From the NCBI RefSeq assembly GCF_963921235.1, contig NC_086098.1, forward strand, positions 682,001 to 746,000: DNA of 64,000 nucleotides, given 5' to 3'. Made by a program: the position numbers and the translations under genes. Under the pieces are notes generated by a model. That model ran no database searches. It worked only from the letters and a program-made list of their open reading frames with translations, and was not told where the DNA came from. The DNA is from Mobula hypostoma (lineage: Eukaryota). Each line of letters opens with the position of its first letter. The first letter of the stretch is position 1. Positions 11,009-21,583 of this stretch are shown piece by piece.

Positions 11009-11944
11009 CTAGTTTAAAGTCACCTCAGTAGCCCCCGCTAATCTCCCTGCCAGGATATTGGTCCCCCTAGGATTTAAGTGTAACCCGTCCTTTTTGTACA
11101 GGTCACACCTACGCCAAAAGAGGTCCCAATGATCCAAAAACTTGAATCCCTGCCCCCTGCTCCAATCCCTCAGCCACGCATTTATCCTCCACCTCATCGC
11201 ATTCCTACTCTCACTGTCGCGTGGCACAGGCAGTAATCCCGACATTACTACCTTTGCGGTCCTTTTTCTCAACTCCCTTCCTAGCTCCTTATATTCTTCT
11301 TTCAGGACCTCATCCCTTTTCCTACCTATGTCATTGGTACCTATATGTACCAGGACCTCTGGCTCTTCACCCTCCCACTTCAGGATATCTTGGACACGAT
11401 CAGAAATATCCCGGACCCTGGCACCAGGGAGGCAAACTACCATCCGAGTCTCTGGACTGCGTCCACAGAATCGCCTATCTGACCCCCTTACTATCGAGTC
11501 CCCTATCACAACTGCCCTCCTCTTCCTTGCCCTACCCTTCTGAGCTACAGGGCCAGACTCTGTGCCGGAGGCAGGGCCACTGTCGCTTCCCCCGGGTAAG
11601 CTGTCCCCCCCAACAGTACTCAAACAGGAGTACCTGTTGTTAAGGGGCACAGCCGCCGGGGTACTCCTCATCACCTGCCTTTTCCCCTTCCCTCTCCTAA
11701 CCGTGACCCACTTGTCTGCCTCCCGTGGCCCCGGCGTGACCACCTGCCTTCCACTCCTCTCTATCACCTCCTCGCTCTCCCTGACCAGACGAAGGTCATC
11801 GAGCTGCAGCTCCAGTTCCGTAATGCGGTCCCTTAGGAGCTGCATCTCGATGCACTTGGTGCAGATGTAGACGTCCGGGAGGCTTGGAGACTCCAGGGCC
11901 TCCCACATCCGACACCGAGAACAGCAAACTGCCCTCACAGTCAT
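11009..11944 (-). CDS. CR1 ORF1: zinc finger, coiled coil and SGNH/GDSL esterase-like domain (311 aa from ATG 11944)
   Basis: CCSRC..CTKC, leucine heptads LRDRITELELQLDDL, and SGNH blocks VIGDS, CLPGA, HIGTND, DGLH; ends EVTLN*. Confidence 0.93.
   Translation of the reverse strand: MTVRAVCCSRCRMWEALESPSLPDVYICTKCIEMQLLRDRITELELQLDDLRLVRESEEVIERSGRQVVTPGPREADKWVTVRRGKGKRQVMRSTPAAVPLNNRYSCLSTVGGDSLPGGSDSGPASGTESGPVAQKGRARKRRAVVIGDSIVRGSDRRFCGRSPETRMVVCLPGARVRDISDRVQDILKWEGEEPEVLVHIGTNDIGRKRDEVLKEEYKELGRELRKRTAKVVMSGLLPVPRDSESRNAMRWRINAWLRDWSRGQGFKFLDHWDLFWRRCDLYKKDGLHLNPRGTNILAGRLAGATEVTLN
11012..11018 (-). promoter_or_regulatory. Candidate -1 ribosomal frameshift slippery site U_UUA_AAC at the ORF1/ORF2 junction
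   Basis: ACT TTA AAC TAG is in ORF1 phase; a -1 slip gives CTA GAA TGG TTG GGG.., which is the ORF2 frame; the same heptamer occurs at 8 other junctions. Confidence 0.75.
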
Positions 11945-12106
11945 AATGCCCCTCTCCTCAAATAGCAACAGAAAATGAATGTCAAACCTTCCTCGCCTCG
12001 CCCGCTTCCGCCTAAGCCCGTTGAGCCGAAGCCCTTAAGTCTTCACTCTGCTCCCGGCTCACTCCGCCGCCCGCAAACTACGCTGCCCGCTCTATGAGGC
12101 TTTGTT

Positions 12107-12778
12107 CCTTTTAAATCTGCCGCGCTGCACTGCCCGACGTCACACGCCTGCGCAGTCCCGCCTCTCAGAAAGCCGTTGGAGAAAAAAAAATAACGAAAAT
12201 TTCAAAAATCTCTTTCTCGGCACTCCCACTCAGACTCTCAGACTCCTTCTTCGAATCAAATCCGAAGCAGGATGTCTGCCCTTTTAAATCTGCCGCGCTG
12301 CACTGCCCGACGTCACACGCCTGCGCAGTCCCGCCTCTCAGAAAGCCGCTGGAGAAAAAAAAATAACGAAAATTTCAAAAATCTCTTTCTCGGCACTCCC
12401 ACTCAGACTCTCAGACTCCTTCTTCGAATCAAATCCGAAGCAGGATGTCTGCCCTTTTAAATCTGCCGCGCTGCACTGCCCGACGTCACACGCCTGCGCA
12501 GTCCCGCCTCTCAGAAAGCCGTTGGAGAAAAAAAAAATAACGAAAATTTCAAAAATCTCTTTCTCGGCACTCCCACTCAGACTCTCAGACTCCTTCTTCG
12601 AATCAAATCCGAAGCAGGATGTCTGCCCTTTTAAATCTGCCGCGCTGCACTGCCTGACGTCACACGCCTGCGCAGTCCCGCCTCTCAGAAAGCCGTTGGA
12701 GAAAAAAAAAATAACGAAAATTTCAAAAATCTCTTTCTCGGCACTCCCACTCAGACTCTCAGACTCCTTCTTCGAATC
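12107..12778 (-). repeat. CR1 5' UTR tandem monomer array, ~3.9 x 173-174 bp, CpG-rich, putative internal promoter
   Basis: Units start at 12107, 12280, 12453 and 12627 and are near-identical; each reads GAGGCGGGACTGCGCAGGCGTGTGACGTC...TTTAAAAGG on the sense strand. Confidence 0.92.
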
Positions 12779-12879
12779 TCAAAGATCCTATCTCAAAGAA
12801 TTTTTTTCCAACAGCTTTCCCCACCACAGACGTAAGGCTTACTTTTCTATAATTACCCGGACTATCCCCACTACCTTTT

Positions 12880-14180
12880 ACGATGTATGTCAATGATTTG
12901 GACTACGGTATTAATGGATTTGTGGCTAAATTTGCCAATGATACAAAGGTAGGTGGAGGAGCGGGTAGTGTTAAGGAAACAGAGTGCCTGCAGAGAGACT
13001 TAGATAGTTTAGGGGAATGGGCAAGGAAGATGGAAATGAAATACAATGTTGGAAGTTGTATAGTCATGCATTTTGATGGAAGGATGCTGTCCAAGTTGCA
13101 TGACGTCTTGGACAATGTCTCCCATCCACTACATAATGTACTGGTTGGGCACAGGAGTACATTCAGCCAGAGACTCATTCCACCGAGATGCAGCACAGAG
13201 CGTCATAGGAAGTCATTCCTGCCTGTGGCCATCAAACTTTACAACTCCTCCCTTGGAGAGTCAGACACCCTGAGCCAATAGGCTGGTCCTGGACTAATTT
13301 CCTGGCATAATTTAAATATTTACATATTACTATTTAACTATTTATGGTGCAACTGTAACGAAAACCAATTTCCCCCCCGGATCAATAAAGTATGACTATG
13401 ACTATGAAATAAACGGGCAGACTATTATTTAGATGGGGAGAGAATTCAAAATGCAGAGATGCAAATGGAATTGAGAATCCTTATGCAAGGCACCCTAAAG
13501 GTTAACCTTCAGGCTGAGTAGGTTGTAAAGAAGGCAAATGCAATGTTGGCAATCATTTCTGGAAGGAAAGCAGGGGATATGATGTTCAGGCTCTATAAGG
13601 CACTTGTGAGATCACATTTGGAGTATTGTGTGCAGTTTTGGGCTCCTTATTTTAGAAAGGATATACTGACATTGCAGAGGGTTTAGGGAAGATTCACGAG
13701 AATGATTCCAAGAATGAAAACGTTACTGTATGAGGAGTGTCTGGCAGCTCTTGGGCTGTACTCCCTGGAGTTCAGGAGAATGAGGGGGGAAGTCATAGAA
13801 ACATTCAGGATGTTAAAAGGCATGTACAGATTAGATATGGCAAAGTTATTTCACATGGTAGGGGATTCTAGGACAAGGGGGCACGACTTCAGGATACAAG
13901 GACGTCCATTTAGAACTGAGATGTGAAGAAATTACTTTAGTCAGAGGGTGGTAAATCTATGGAATTTGTTGCCACAAGCGGCTGTGGAGGCCAAGTCATT
14001 GGGTGTGTTTAAGGCAGAGATAGATAGGTTCTTGATTATCCAGGACATCAAAGGGTATGGGGTGAAGGCAGGGGAGTGGGGATGACTGGAATAATTGGAT
14101 CAGCCCATGATTGAATGGCAGAGCAGACTTAATAGGCCAAATGGCCTACTTTTGCTCCCATATCTTATGGTCTTATGGTC
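12880..14180 (+). mobile_element. CR1 3' part, degraded, (TATGGTCT)n tail; interrupted by a Rex1-type piece
   Basis: YVNDLD..AKFANDTK and [13 protein letters not shown] motifs; 3' hairpin and tail near 14160-14180. Confidence 0.85.
13081..13406 (+). mobile_element. Rex1/Babar-type LINE 3' end with (TATGAC)n tail
   Basis: RMLSKLHDVLDNVSHPLH..RHRKSFLPVAIKLYNS*, AATAAA then TATGAC repeats; near-identical to 42859-43200. Confidence 0.8.
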
Positions 14181-14518
14181 TTAAATTTATTATCAAAGTA
14201 TATATATGTCACCTTATACTCCCCTGAAATTTGTTTTCTTGCGGGCATTCATGGTAGATACATAGAAATATCGAAACATAGAAAACCTACAGCACAATAC
14301 AGGCCCTTCGGGCCACAAATCTGTGCCGAACATGCCCTTACCTTAGAACTACCTGGTCTTACCCATAGCCCTCTATTTTTCTTAGCTCCATGTATCCATC
14401 CAGGAGTCTCTTAAAAGACCCTATTATCTTCACTTCCACCACTGTTACCAGCAGCCCATTCCACACACTCACCGCTCTCTGCATAAAACACCTACCTCTG
14501 ACATCTCCTCTGTACCTA

Positions 14519-15332
14519 CGAGGGGTAATTGATAACTTTGTGGCCTAAGGTAGGAGTCAATTTTAGAAAACCTAGCACATTTATTTTTCCTACATTTACA
14601 CACAGTTCAGCGGTCGTGGAGCATACGGATCCCTTCTTTGTAGAAGTCGGCATCTTGGAGAATGAGAGAAACTTCAAAATTTCTGCATTTTTACTCGAAG
14701 AGTTGAACTGCATGTGCATACAATAAGAGCTGTATAACTCATCTCCTTCAACAATAGGCCACGAACTTATCAATCCCCCCTGCTGTGGACCACTTCTACA
14801 AAGAAGGGATCCGTGTGCTTCATGACCGCTGGACTAAGACTGGATGAACTGGGCTTGTACTCGTTGGAATTTAGAAGATTGAGGGGGAATCTGATTGAAA
14901 CGTATAAGATCCTAAAGGGATTGGACAGGCTAGATGCGGGAAGATTGTTCCCGATGTTGGGGAGGTCCAGAACGAGGGGTCACAGTTTGAGGATAGAGGG
15001 GAAGCCTTTTAGGACCGAGATTAGGAAAAACTTCTTCACACAGAGAGTGGTGAATCTGTGGAATTCTCTGCCACAGCAAACTGTTGAGGCCAGTTCATTA
15101 GCTATGTTTAAAAGGAAGTTAGATATGGCCCTTGTGGCTACAGGGGTCAGGGGGTATGGAGGGAAGGCTGGGTTCTGAGTTGGATGATCAGCCATGATCA
15201 TAATAAATGGCGGTGCAGGCTCGAAGGGCCGAATGGCCTACTCCTGCACCTATTTTCTATGTTTCTATGTTTCTATGTTTTCTAAAATTGACTCCTTCTA
15301 CCTTAGGCCACAAACTTATCAATCACCCCTTG
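14519..15332. mobile_element. Mariner-derived palindromic MITE with TA TSD, interrupted by a young CR1
   Basis: TA-CGAGGGGTAATTGATAA... left and ...TTATCAATCACCCCTTG-TA right (~55-bp inverted termini); both arms carry the transposase C-terminal remnant FYKEGIR(M/V)LHDR. Confidence 0.88.
14836..15280 (+). mobile_element. 5'-truncated young CR1 family A
   Basis: Nearly identical to the 3' end of the full-length copy (..GGKAGF*, hairpin, TTTCTATG tail). Confidence 0.93.
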
Positions 15333-15654
15333 TACTTCCAAGCACCTTAAAACCATGCCCTCTTGTGCTAGCCATCTCAGCTGTGGGAAAAAGCCTCTGA
15401 CTATCCACACAATCAATGCCTCTCGTTATCTCGTACACCTCTATCAGGTCACCTCTCATCCTGGGCGTTCCTGAGTGATGATGAAATGATCAAATTCCAC
15501 CTTAAATATTTGCACAGACTTGGCCTCTATGGCAGTCTGTGTCAAAACATTCCACAGATTTACTTCTCTCTGGATAAAAAAAATTCCTCCTTACCTCTAT
15601 ACTAAAGGGTCGCCCACTCATTTTTGAGACTGTGCCCTCTAGTTCTGGATACGT

Positions 15655-15965
15655 TCTCAGGATTGTTGCTGCCAGTGCTACGTGATAGTGATGGTAAGAA
15701 TTGGAGGAGATAGCAGTTGAATGCGTGACTGAGGAGTTGGTGCAGGGAGCAGGGTTTTAGATTTTTTGATCATTGGGATCTCTTCTGGGGAAGGTTGGAC
15801 CTGTACAGATTGGATGAGTTGCACCTGAACTTGAAGGGGAGCAATATCCTTGCAGGTAGGTTTGCTAGCATGGTTCGGGAGGGTTTAAACTAATTTGCAA
15901 GGGGGATGGGACCCAGAGCAATAGAGCAGTGAAAGAAGTGCATGGAGTAAAGCCAGATCTAACAT
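15655..15965 (+). mobile_element. CR1 ORF1 end and ORF1/ORF2 junction fragment
   Basis: GATCATTGGGATCTCTTCTGGGG and GGGTTTAAACTAATTTGCAAGGGGGATGGG. Confidence 0.8.
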
Positions 15966-16048
15966 ATTGATGCAAACACAAGGAAATCTGCAGAGGCTGG
16001 AACACATAACTTTCTGCTCTGTCTGCATTTGTACCCAATCATTGGCTT

Positions 16049-18650
16049 AGAAACATAGAAAATAGGTGCAGGAGTAGGCCATTCGGCTCAGAACCCTGTA
16101 CCTGCCTTCTCTCCATACCCCCTGATCCCTTTAGCCACCAGGGCCATATCTAACTCCCTCTTAAATATAGCCAATGAACTGGCTTCAACTGTTTCCTGTG
16201 GCAGAGAATTCCACAGATTCACCACTCTCTGTGTGAAGAAGTTTTTCCTCATCTCTGTCCTAAAAGGCTTTCCCTTTATCCTTAAACTGTGACCCCTCGT
16301 TCTGGACTTCCCCAACATCGGGAACAATCTTCCTGTATCTAGCCTGTCCAATCCCTTTAGGATTTTATACATTTCAATAAGATCCCCCCTCAATCTTCTA
16401 AATTCCAGCGAGTATATGCCTAGTCAATCCAGTCTTTCATCATATGAAAGTCCTGCCACCCCAAGAATCAATCTGGTGAACAAAAAGAATTCTGCAGATG
16501 CTGGAAATTCAAGCAACACACATCAAAGTTGCTGGTGAACACAGAAGGCCAGGCAGCATCTCTAGGAAGAGGTACAGTCGACATTTCAGGCCGCGACCCT
16601 TTGTCAGGACTAACTGAAGGAAGAGTTAGTAAGAGATTTGAAAGTGGGAGGGGGAGGGGGAGATCCAAAATGATAGGAGAAGACAAGAGGGGGAGGGATG
16701 GAGCCAAGAGCTGGACAGGTGATTGGCAAAGGGGATATGATAGGATCATGGGACAGGGGGCCCAGGGAGAAAGACAAGGTGGGGGGGTTAACCCAGAGGA
16801 TGGGCAAGGGGTATAGTCAGAGGGACAGAGGGAGAAAAAGGAGAGAGAGAGAAAGAATGTGTGTATATAAATAAATAACGGATGGGGTACGAGGGGGAGG
16901 TGGGGCATTAGCAGGTTAGAAAAGTCGATGTTCATGCCATCAGGTTGGAGGCTACCCAGACGGAATATAAGGTGTTGTTCCTCCAACCTGAGTGTAGCTT
17001 CATCTTTACAGTAGAGGAGGCCGTGGATAGACATGTCAGAATGGGAATGGGATGTGGAATTAAAATGTGTGGCCACTGGGAGATCCTGCTTTCTCTGGCG
17101 GACAGAGCGTAGGTGTTCAGCAAAGCGGTCTCCCAGTCTGCATCGGGTCTTGCCAATATATAGAAGGCCACATCGGGAGCACCGGACGCAGTATATCACC
17201 CCAACCGACTCACAGGTGAAGTGTCACCTCACCTGGAAGGACTGTCTGGGGCCCTGAATAGTGGTAAGGGAGGAAGTGGTGAACCTTCTTTGTACTCCCT
17301 CTATGGCAAGAATGTCTTTCCTCAGATTAGGGGACCAAAACTGTACACAATACTCCAGGTGCAGTCTCACCAAGGCCTTGTACAACTGCAGTAGTACCTC
17401 CCTGCTCCTGTACTCAAATCCTCTTGCTATGAATGCCAGCATATCATTCGCCTTTTTCACCACCTGCTGTACCTGCATGCCCACTTTCAATGACTGGTGT
17501 ATAATGACACACAGCTCTCGTTGCACCTCCCCTTTTCCTAATCGGCCACCATTCAGATAATAATCTGTTTTCCTGTTTTTGCCACCAATGTGGATGACCT
17601 CACATTTATCCACATTAAATTGAATCTGCCATGAATTTGCCCACTCCCCTAACCTATCCAAGTCACCCTGCATCCTCTTAGCATCCTCCTCACAGCTAAC
17701 ACTGCTGCCCAGCTTCGTGTCATCCGCAAACTTGGAGATGCTGCATTTAATTCCCTCATCTAAGTCATTAATATATATTGTAAAGAACTGGGGTCCCAGC
17801 ACTGAGCCTTGCGGTACCCCACTAGTTACTGCCTGCCATTCTGAAAAGGTCCTGTTTATTCCCACTCTTTGCTTCCTGTCTGCCAACCATTTCTCTATCC
17901 ACATCAATACCATATCCCCAATACTGTGTTTTAAGTTTGCACACTAATCTCCTGTGTGGGACCTTGTCAAAAGCCTTATGAAAATCCAAATATACCACAT
18001 CCACTGGTTCTCCCCTATCCACTCTACTAGTTACATCCTCAAAAAATTCTATGAGATTCGTCAGACATGATTTTCCTTTCACAAATCCATGCTGACTTTG
18101 TCCGATGATTTCACCGCTTTCCAAATGTGCTGTTATCACATCCTTGATAACTGACTCTAGCATTTTCCCCACCACCGATGTTAGGCTAACTGGTCTATAA
18201 TTCCCCGGTTTCTCTCTCCCTCCTTTTTAAAAAGTGGAGTTACATTAGCCACCCTCCAATCCTCAGGAACTAGTCCAGAATCTAAAGAGTTTTGAAAAAT
18301 TATCACTGATGTATCTACTATTTCTTGGGCCACTTCCTTAAGCACTCTGGGATGCAGACCATCTGGCCCTGGGGATTTATCTGCCTTTAATCCCTTCAAT
18401 TTACCTAACACCACCTCCCTACTAACATGTATTTCCCTCAGTTCCTCTATCTCACTGGACCCTCTGTCCCCTACTATTTCCGGAAGATTATTTATGTCCT
18501 CCTTAGTGAAGACAGAACCAAAGTAGTTATTTAATTGGTCTGCCATGTCCTTGTTCCCCATGATCAATTCACCTGTTCCTGACCGTAAGGGACCTACATT
18601 TGTCTTAACCAATCTTTTTCTTTTCACATATCTATAAAAGCTTTTACAGG
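16049..18650 (-). mobile_element. 5'-truncated CR1 family A', interrupted by a Penelope-like element
   Basis: ORFs 16088-16393, 17224-17913, 17822-18175 and 18181-18650 are close relatives of family A ORF2 with frameshifts; ends GEKAGTGF*. Confidence 0.92.
16482..17276 (-). mobile_element. Penelope-like element 3' part (GIY-YIG endonuclease plus terminal repeat), apparent TSD TGGTGAAC
   Basis: IYCVRCSRCGLLYIGKT..RLGDRFAEH..PVATHFN..LEEQHLIFRL; TGGTGAAC at 16474-16481 and 17277-17284. Confidence 0.9.
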
Positions 18651-19437
18651 TAGGCTTGTCCTTCCTTACATTCATGATACACCCATCATCTACTTGTAAA
18701 CCTGCTGGCTCATCCTCAGCTCTGTCATCCTGGTTCCCATCCCCCTGCCATATTAGTTTAAACCACTCCCAACAGTTCTGATAAATCTGCTCACAAGAAT
18801 ATTTGTCCCCTTCTGATTCCAGTGCAACCCATCCATTTTGTACAGGACACAGCTGCTCCAGAAGAGGCCCCAATTGTCCAGGAATCTGACTACCCTCAGC
18901 CACGGATTTATCTGCCAGCTTATTCTATTCCTATTCTCATTGTCACGAGGCACAGGCAACAATCTCGAGGTTACTACTTTGAGGTCCTGCCTCTCAGCCT
19001 CCTTCCTATCCCCCTGTATTTCTTTTTTCAGGACCCCCTCCCTTTTCTTCCTATGTCATTGGTACCAATATGTACCACGACTTCTGGCTGCTCGCTCTCC
19101 CTTTTCAGGATATTGTGGACGTGTCCAGAAACATCATGGACCCTGGCACCTGGAAGGTAAACTACCATTTGTGTTTCCTTTTCTCGTCCACAGAATCACC
19201 TGTCTGTCCCCCTGATTATAGAGTGTTTTATTACTGCTGCCATCCTCTTCATTTCCCTACACTTCAGAGCCACAGGGCCAGACTCAGTGCTGGAGTCACA
19301 GCCACTGTTGCTTCCCTCAGGCAGGTCATCTTTCGGAGTACTTATTGAGGGGAACGGCCACAGGGACACTCTCCACTATCTGATGTTCTCCCTTCCCTCT
19401 TCTGACAGTCACCCATTTATCTTTATTCTGCAGCCTT
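18651..19437 (-). mobile_element. CR1 ORF1 and junction fragment (different family)
   Basis: DGLHWNQKGTNIL..GSGLN*, with the -1 frame reading FKLIWQGDGNQ. Confidence 0.85.
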
Positions 19438-20884
19438 AAGAAACATATGAAATAGGAGCAGGAGTAGGCCATATGGCCTGTCGAGCCTGCTCCACCATTT
19501 AGTAAGATCATGGTTGAGAAGGTGTCAGAGTTGATTGTTAAGGATGAGGTCACAGTGTAATTGCAGGCACATGGTAAAGTAGGTCATAGTCAGCATAGTT
19601 TCCTTAAGAGAAAATCTTGCCTGACAAATCCCTTGGAATTCTTTGAAGAAATAACAAACAGTATAGACTATTTTCTAAATAGAGAGAAAATACAAAAAAA
19701 AATGAGGTGCAAAGGGACTTGGGAGTCCTTGGGCAGGAATCCTTAAAGCTGAATTTGCAGGTTGAATCTGTGGAGAGGAAGGCAACTGTAATATTATCAT
19801 TCATTTCAAGAGGTTAGAATATAAAAAAAATGTTGTAGTGCTAAGACATCATAAGGCTCTGGTGAGGCCTCATTTGGAGTATTCTGAGCAGTTTTGGGCC
19901 CCTTATCTTACTAAGAATGTGCTGAAACTGGAGAGGGTTCAAAGAAGATTCACAAAGATAATTCCCTTTATTTTTCTTTGAGAAAACCATGCTGTCTGTG
20001 GCCTATTTTATTGTGTGCCTCCAAATACCCTGAGACCTCATCCTTAATAATCAACTCCAACTTCTTTCCAACCGCTGAGGTATTCATTTCCCTACCCTTC
20101 TGAGCTACAGAGCCAGACTCAGTGCCAGAGGCACAGTCACTGTTGCTCCTTCTATGTCGGTCATGTACCCTCCAACAGTACTCAAAATGGAGAACTTAAT
20201 GTTGAAGGGGATGGTCGCAGGGGTGCCTTCCCTTGATGTCTTCCCTTCCCTCTCCTGACAGTCACCTATTTATCTGTCTCCTGTAGCCTTGGGGTGACCA
20301 CCTCCCTGTAGCTCCTGTCTATCACTGCTTTACGTTCCCTAGCAAGCCGAATGTCACTGAGCTGCAGCTCCAGTTGCCTAAGGAGCTCCATCTCAACGCA
20401 CTTGGCACAGATGTGGCCATCGGGGAGGCGGGGAGTCTCCTGGAAATCCCACATCTGACACCCAGAACAGCAAACTGGCTCTGCAGACATACCCACTAGT
20501 TGTGGCCATTACAGAGACATGGATGACTCAGGGGCAGGAATGGCTGCTGAGTGTGCCAGGCTTTAGATGTTTCAAAAAGAACAGAGAGGGGGGCAAAATG
20601 GGTGGGTGTGGTGCTAATTAGGGATAGTGTCATGGCTGCAGAAAAGGAGGAAGTCATGGAGGGATAGTCTACTGAGTCAGTGTGGGTGGAAGTCAGAAAC
20701 AGGAAAGGGGCAATAACTCTACTGGTTTTTGTTTATGAGCTCCCCAATAGTAACAGAGACATCGAGGAGCAGATAGGGAGGCAGATTCTGCAATAGTGCA
20801 ATAGTAATAGGTTTGCTGTGATGGGTGATTTTAACTTTCCCAATATTGACTGGCATCTCCTCAGAGCAAAGTGCTTAGATGGGA
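19438..20884. mobile_element. Mosaic of short degraded CR1 fragments on both strands
   Basis: 3' hairpin and tail 19438-19515 (-), RT pieces 19516-19965 (+), ORF1 zinc finger 20266-20496 (-), EN piece 20499-20884 (+). Confidence 0.75.
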
Positions 20885-21583
20885 TGGCCTTTTATATATT
20901 GGCGAGACCCGACGCAGACTGGGAGACCGCTTTGCTGAACACCTACGCTCTGTCCGCCAGAGAAAGCAGGATCTCCCAGTGGCCACACATTTTAATTCCA
21001 CATCCCATTCCCATTCTGACATGTCTATCCACGACCTTCTCTACTGTAAAGATGAAGCCACACTCAGGTTGGAGGAACAACACCTTATATTCCGTCTGGG
21101 TAGCCTCCAACCTGATGGCATGAACATCGACTTCTCTAACTTCTGCTAATGCCCCACCACCCCCCTTGTACCCCATCTGTTATTTATTTTTATACACACA
21201 TTCTTTCTCTCACTCTCCTTTTTCTCCCTCTGTCCCTCTGAATATACCCCTTGCCCATCCTCTGGGTTCCCCCCCACCCTTATCTTTCTTCCCGGACCTC
21301 CTGTCCCATGATCCTCTCGTATTCCTTTTGCCAATCACCTGTCCAGCTCTTGGCTCCAACCCTCCCCCTCCTGTCTTCTCCTATCATTTTGGATCTCCCC
21401 CTCCCCCTCCAACTTTCAAATCTCTTACTCACTCTTCCTTCAGTTAGTCCTGACGAAGGGTCTCGGCCTGAAACACCGACTGTACCTCTTCCTAGAGATG
21501 CTGCCTGGCCTGCTGCGTTCACCAGCAACTTTGATGTGTGATGCTGCCTGATCTGTTGAGTTCCTCCAGCATTTTGTGTGTGC
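20885..21583 (+). mobile_element. Penelope-like element 3' part (GIY-YIG plus terminal repeat)
   Basis: LLYIGETRRRLGDRFAEHLRSV..DGMNIDFSNF; close paralog of 16482-17276. Confidence 0.9.
21446..21481 (+). ncRNA. Minimal type I hammerhead-ribozyme-like motif in a Penelope terminal repeat (mutated copy)
   Basis: AGTC-CTGACGA-A-GGG-TCTCGG-CCT-GAAAC-ACC-GACT: CUGANGA and GAAA core, stem I AGTC/GACT, stem II; the GTC triplet is mutated to ACC. Confidence 0.7.

Larger units (their letters stand above)
7906..12782 (-). mobile_element. Full-length, apparently intact CR1 LINE (family A) with 5-bp TSD AGATC
   Basis: Tandem-monomer 5' UTR, uninterrupted ORF1 and ORF2, 3' GGCC-GAAT-GGCC hairpin and (TTTCTATG)n tail; AGATC at 7901-7905 and 12783-12787. 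Confidence 0.97.
14260..15462 (-). mobile_element. CR1 3' end that hosts the mariner MITE
   Basis: CATAGAAA-type tail; host reads CTCTGTACCTA|CTTCCAAGCACC across the MITE, as in the copy near 58020. Confidence 0.8.

Noticed and set aside
8386..11870. Plus-strand ORFs antisense to CR1 ORF1/ORF2, recurring in several copies
   Set aside because: Shadow frames of the coding strand; they recur only because the elements are paralogous.
16468..16930. Pro/Ser/Leu-rich C-terminal extension of the GIY-YIG ORF
   Set aside because: Read-through into the pyrimidine-rich terminal repeat after a frameshift; the paralog at 20871-21149 stops at DFSNFC*.
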